Assembly (NCBI GenBank): GCA_002304425.1 | Contig: NEUY01000001.1 | Span: forward strand, 1 to 61,494 | DNA: 61,494 bases | Reading direction: 5' to 3' | Origin: Opitutia bacterium Tous-C10FEB | GTDB lineage: Bacteria; Verrucomicrobiota; Verrucomicrobiia; Opitutales; Opitutaceae | Shown here: positions 59,720-61,494 of the stretch, piece by piece | How positions within the stretch are numbered: the stretch's first letter is position 1 | Layout: the number at the start of each line of letters is the position of its first letter | Made by a program: the position numbers and the translations under genes | Notes under the pieces: model-generated | Told to the model about the DNA's origin: nothing | Database searches by the model: none | Seen by the model: only the letters and a program-made list of their open reading frames with translations

Positions 59720-60829
59720 ATGTCTGAGCTCTATATTGGTACGCTCTCTGGCACCAGTGTAGATGGCATCGATGCCGCCCTCGTCCGTTTTTCACCCGAG
59801 CCCGAACTCATCGCGACCCATTGCGCACCGTTTCCACCTGCGCTACGCGAAACCGTGCTCAGTTTGTGCCGGCCCGGTGAAAATGAAATCGACCGACTTG
59901 GTCAAGCCGACGTGCTCATCGGCCAAGCTATTGCTCAGGCCGTGCAAGCCCTGCTCGCTCAAACCACTTTCACCGCGCGGGATATTTGCGCCATCGGCAG
60001 TCACGGGCAAACCATTCGCCACCGCCCCAAATTCACGCCGGCCTTTACCCTGCAAATCGGCGATCCCAACGTCATCGCCACGCTCACGGGCATTCCGGTC
60101 GTCGCTGATTTTCGCCGCAAAGATCTGGCGCTGGGGGGCCAAGGCGCGCCACTGGTGCCGGCGTTTCATGACGCGGTATTTCGCTCGGCCGGCCGCGACC
60201 GCGTCATTGTCAATATTGGCGGCATCGCTAATCTCACCGCGCTGCCCGGTGGAAGTGCAACCGTGCTCGGCTTCGACACGGGCCCCGGCAATACGTTACT
60301 GGATGGCTGGTGTCGGCAAACTACGGGTGAGCCCATGGATCGTGATGGCCAACTCGCCGCGCAAGGTACGGTCCGGCCGGCCCTGCTGAAGGCGCTGTTG
60401 CAGGATCCCTATTTTCACGCCCTGCCTCCAAAGAGCACGGGGCCGGAATATTTTTCACTGGCCTGGTTGCAGGCGCACCTCGATGCCACCGGAGGGGGCA
60501 GCGCCGCAGATATTCAAGCAACGCTCGTCGCTTTGACCGCGCGCACGATCGCCGACGCGATTAAAAAAATCCCCGCCATGCGGCAACCCGAGGTCTTTAT
60601 CTGTGGCGGCGGCGCCCATAATCCCCAGCTGCGGGCCGCGCTCGCGGCGGAATTGGCCGACTGCACGATCCAAAAAACCGACGCCCTCGGCATCGCGGCT
60701 GACTGGGTTGAGGCGATGGCTTTTGCTTGGTTAGCCCGCCAGCGTTGGCAGGCCCAACCCGGTAATTGCCCGGTAGTCACCGGAGCCACGCGGGCGGCGG
60801 TGCTCGGGGGATTATGGCTGCCGGGTTAG
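59720..60829 (+). CDS. anmK: Anhydro-N-acetylmuramic acid kinase
   Basis: SGTS.DGID, GSHGQT, DFRR.D.A.GGQGAPLVP, NIGGIAN, FDTGPGN and PPKSTG.E.F. Confidence 0.96.
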   Translation: MSELYIGTLSGTSVDGIDAALVRFSPEPELIATHCAPFPPALRETVLSLCRPGENEIDRLGQADVLIGQAIAQAVQALLAQTTFTARDICAIGSHGQTIRHRPKFTPAFTLQIGDPNVIATLTGIPVVADFRRKDLALGGQGAPLVPAFHDAVFRSAGRDRVIVNIGGIANLTALPGGSATVLGFDTGPGNTLLDGWCRQTTGEPMDRDGQLAAQGTVRPALLKALLQDPYFHALPPKSTGPEYFSLAWLQAHLDATGGGSAADIQATLVALTARTIADAIKKIPAMRQPEVFICGGGAHNPQLRAALAAELADCTIQKTDALGIAADWVEAMAFAWLARQRWQAQPGNCPVVTGATRAAVLGGLWLPG

Positions 60830-60843
60830 GCGGAAAAAATCAG

Positions 60844-61494
60844 CTAAACTCGAGCGGGCCGCGCGGGGAGCTTAATCTCGCCCTTGGCCACTCGGTGCAA
60901 AAACAAGGCCACAATCTGCGCGCGGGGGGCAATCGTCTCGACGCGGCAAATCTCTCGATCGCTGTGCAACGCATCGCCGAGGGGCCCCAGCCCATCTAGA
61001 TTCGGCAAACCGCCGGCCGTTAGAAAATTCCCATCGGAAGCTCCAGCGCCATGGACCCAGGTGAAAGGGGCAACGCCCACGTCGGCCGCGGCCCGTTGCC
61101 ATTCGCTAAAGGCAACTTCTTCCGCGGGGAGACATTCTTTCGGCGGCCGATTAAACCCGCCGGTTAATTCGAGTCGGTAACCCTCGCGGGCACTGATCCG
61201 GTCAGCTTGCTCCCGCAGGCGAGCGAGCAGCGGGGCTCGATCCGCGAGCCGAGTAATGCGGACATCAATTTCCGCTAAGGCGAAGTGCGGCACCACATTG
61301 GTGGCCGCGGTGCCACCGCGTATATTGCCGACGTTAACCATCACCTCGGGCAGCGCGGCCGGAATTTTTACGATCTCGAGCAGAAATCCCGCGAGGGCGA
61401 GCACGGCATTGCGACCATCATTGGGGACTTTCGCCGCATGCGCCGCCCGGCCATGACACGTAGCGGTGAAGACGCCCGTGCCCTTGCGCGAATG
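60844..61494 (-). CDS. M20 family metallopeptidase (carboxypeptidase G2-like), 5' end outside window
   Basis: Frame is open to the window end: RKGTG.F.....GRAAHA....GRNA, NVG.I.GG...NVVP, RPP, G.SDGN and DGLG..G...HS..E. Confidence 0.85.
   Translation of the reverse strand, partial: HSRKGTGVFTATCHGRAAHAAKVPNDGRNAVLALAGFLLEIVKIPAALPEVMVNVGNIRGGTAATNVVPHFALAEIDVRITRLADRAPLLARLREQADRISAREGYRLELTGGFNRPPKECLPAEEVAFSEWQRAAADVGVAPFTWVHGAGASDGNFLTAGGLPNLDGLGPLGDALHSDREICRVETIAPRAQIVALFLHRVAKGEIKLPARPARV

Noticed and set aside
1-61494. CRISPR arrays, rRNA, transposases, phage or defence genes
   Set aside because: No spaced direct-repeat arrays and no such protein motifs were seen. Nearly all of the sequence is explained by the listed genes.

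Overview
A 61.5 kb chromosomal window from a GC-rich Gram-negative bacterium. Protein style and gene order suggest Verrucomicrobiota, probably Opitutaceae; this is an inference, not a search result. From left to right it contains: (1) housekeeping genes (partial dxs, tRNA-Gly(CCC), recR, ybaB, tig-clpP-clpX, tsaB, ugd, serS-tilS-ftsH); (2) an LPS/lipid A cluster with three GT9 transferases, a DUF4254-like protein, an LpxL-type acyltransferase, an FkbM-type methyltransferase and a GT4; (3) an orphan oligopeptide ABC ATPase pair, a LysE exporter and an orphan PilB/GspE ATPase with a stand-alone N-domain partner; (4) obgE and a near-complete dcw cluster (mraZ to ftsZ) that lacks murC and murD and has three short ORFs in its spacers; (5) directly next to it, a peptidoglycan salvage locus of about 14 kb. 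That locus encodes SulP, an Ala-Glu epimerase, NagZ, a lipoprotein amidase, an SSS symporter with a 48-aa membrane partner, AmpG, a GHL10/YddW-like lipoprotein, MurQ, AnmK and a partial M20 peptidase, and it is interrupted by an IlvD/Edd sugar-acid dehydratase. The best candidate for an undescribed system is the combination of missing murC/murD, retained murE/murF and the adjacent salvage locus with uncharacterised transporters. I saw no CRISPR array, rRNA, integrase or transposase.
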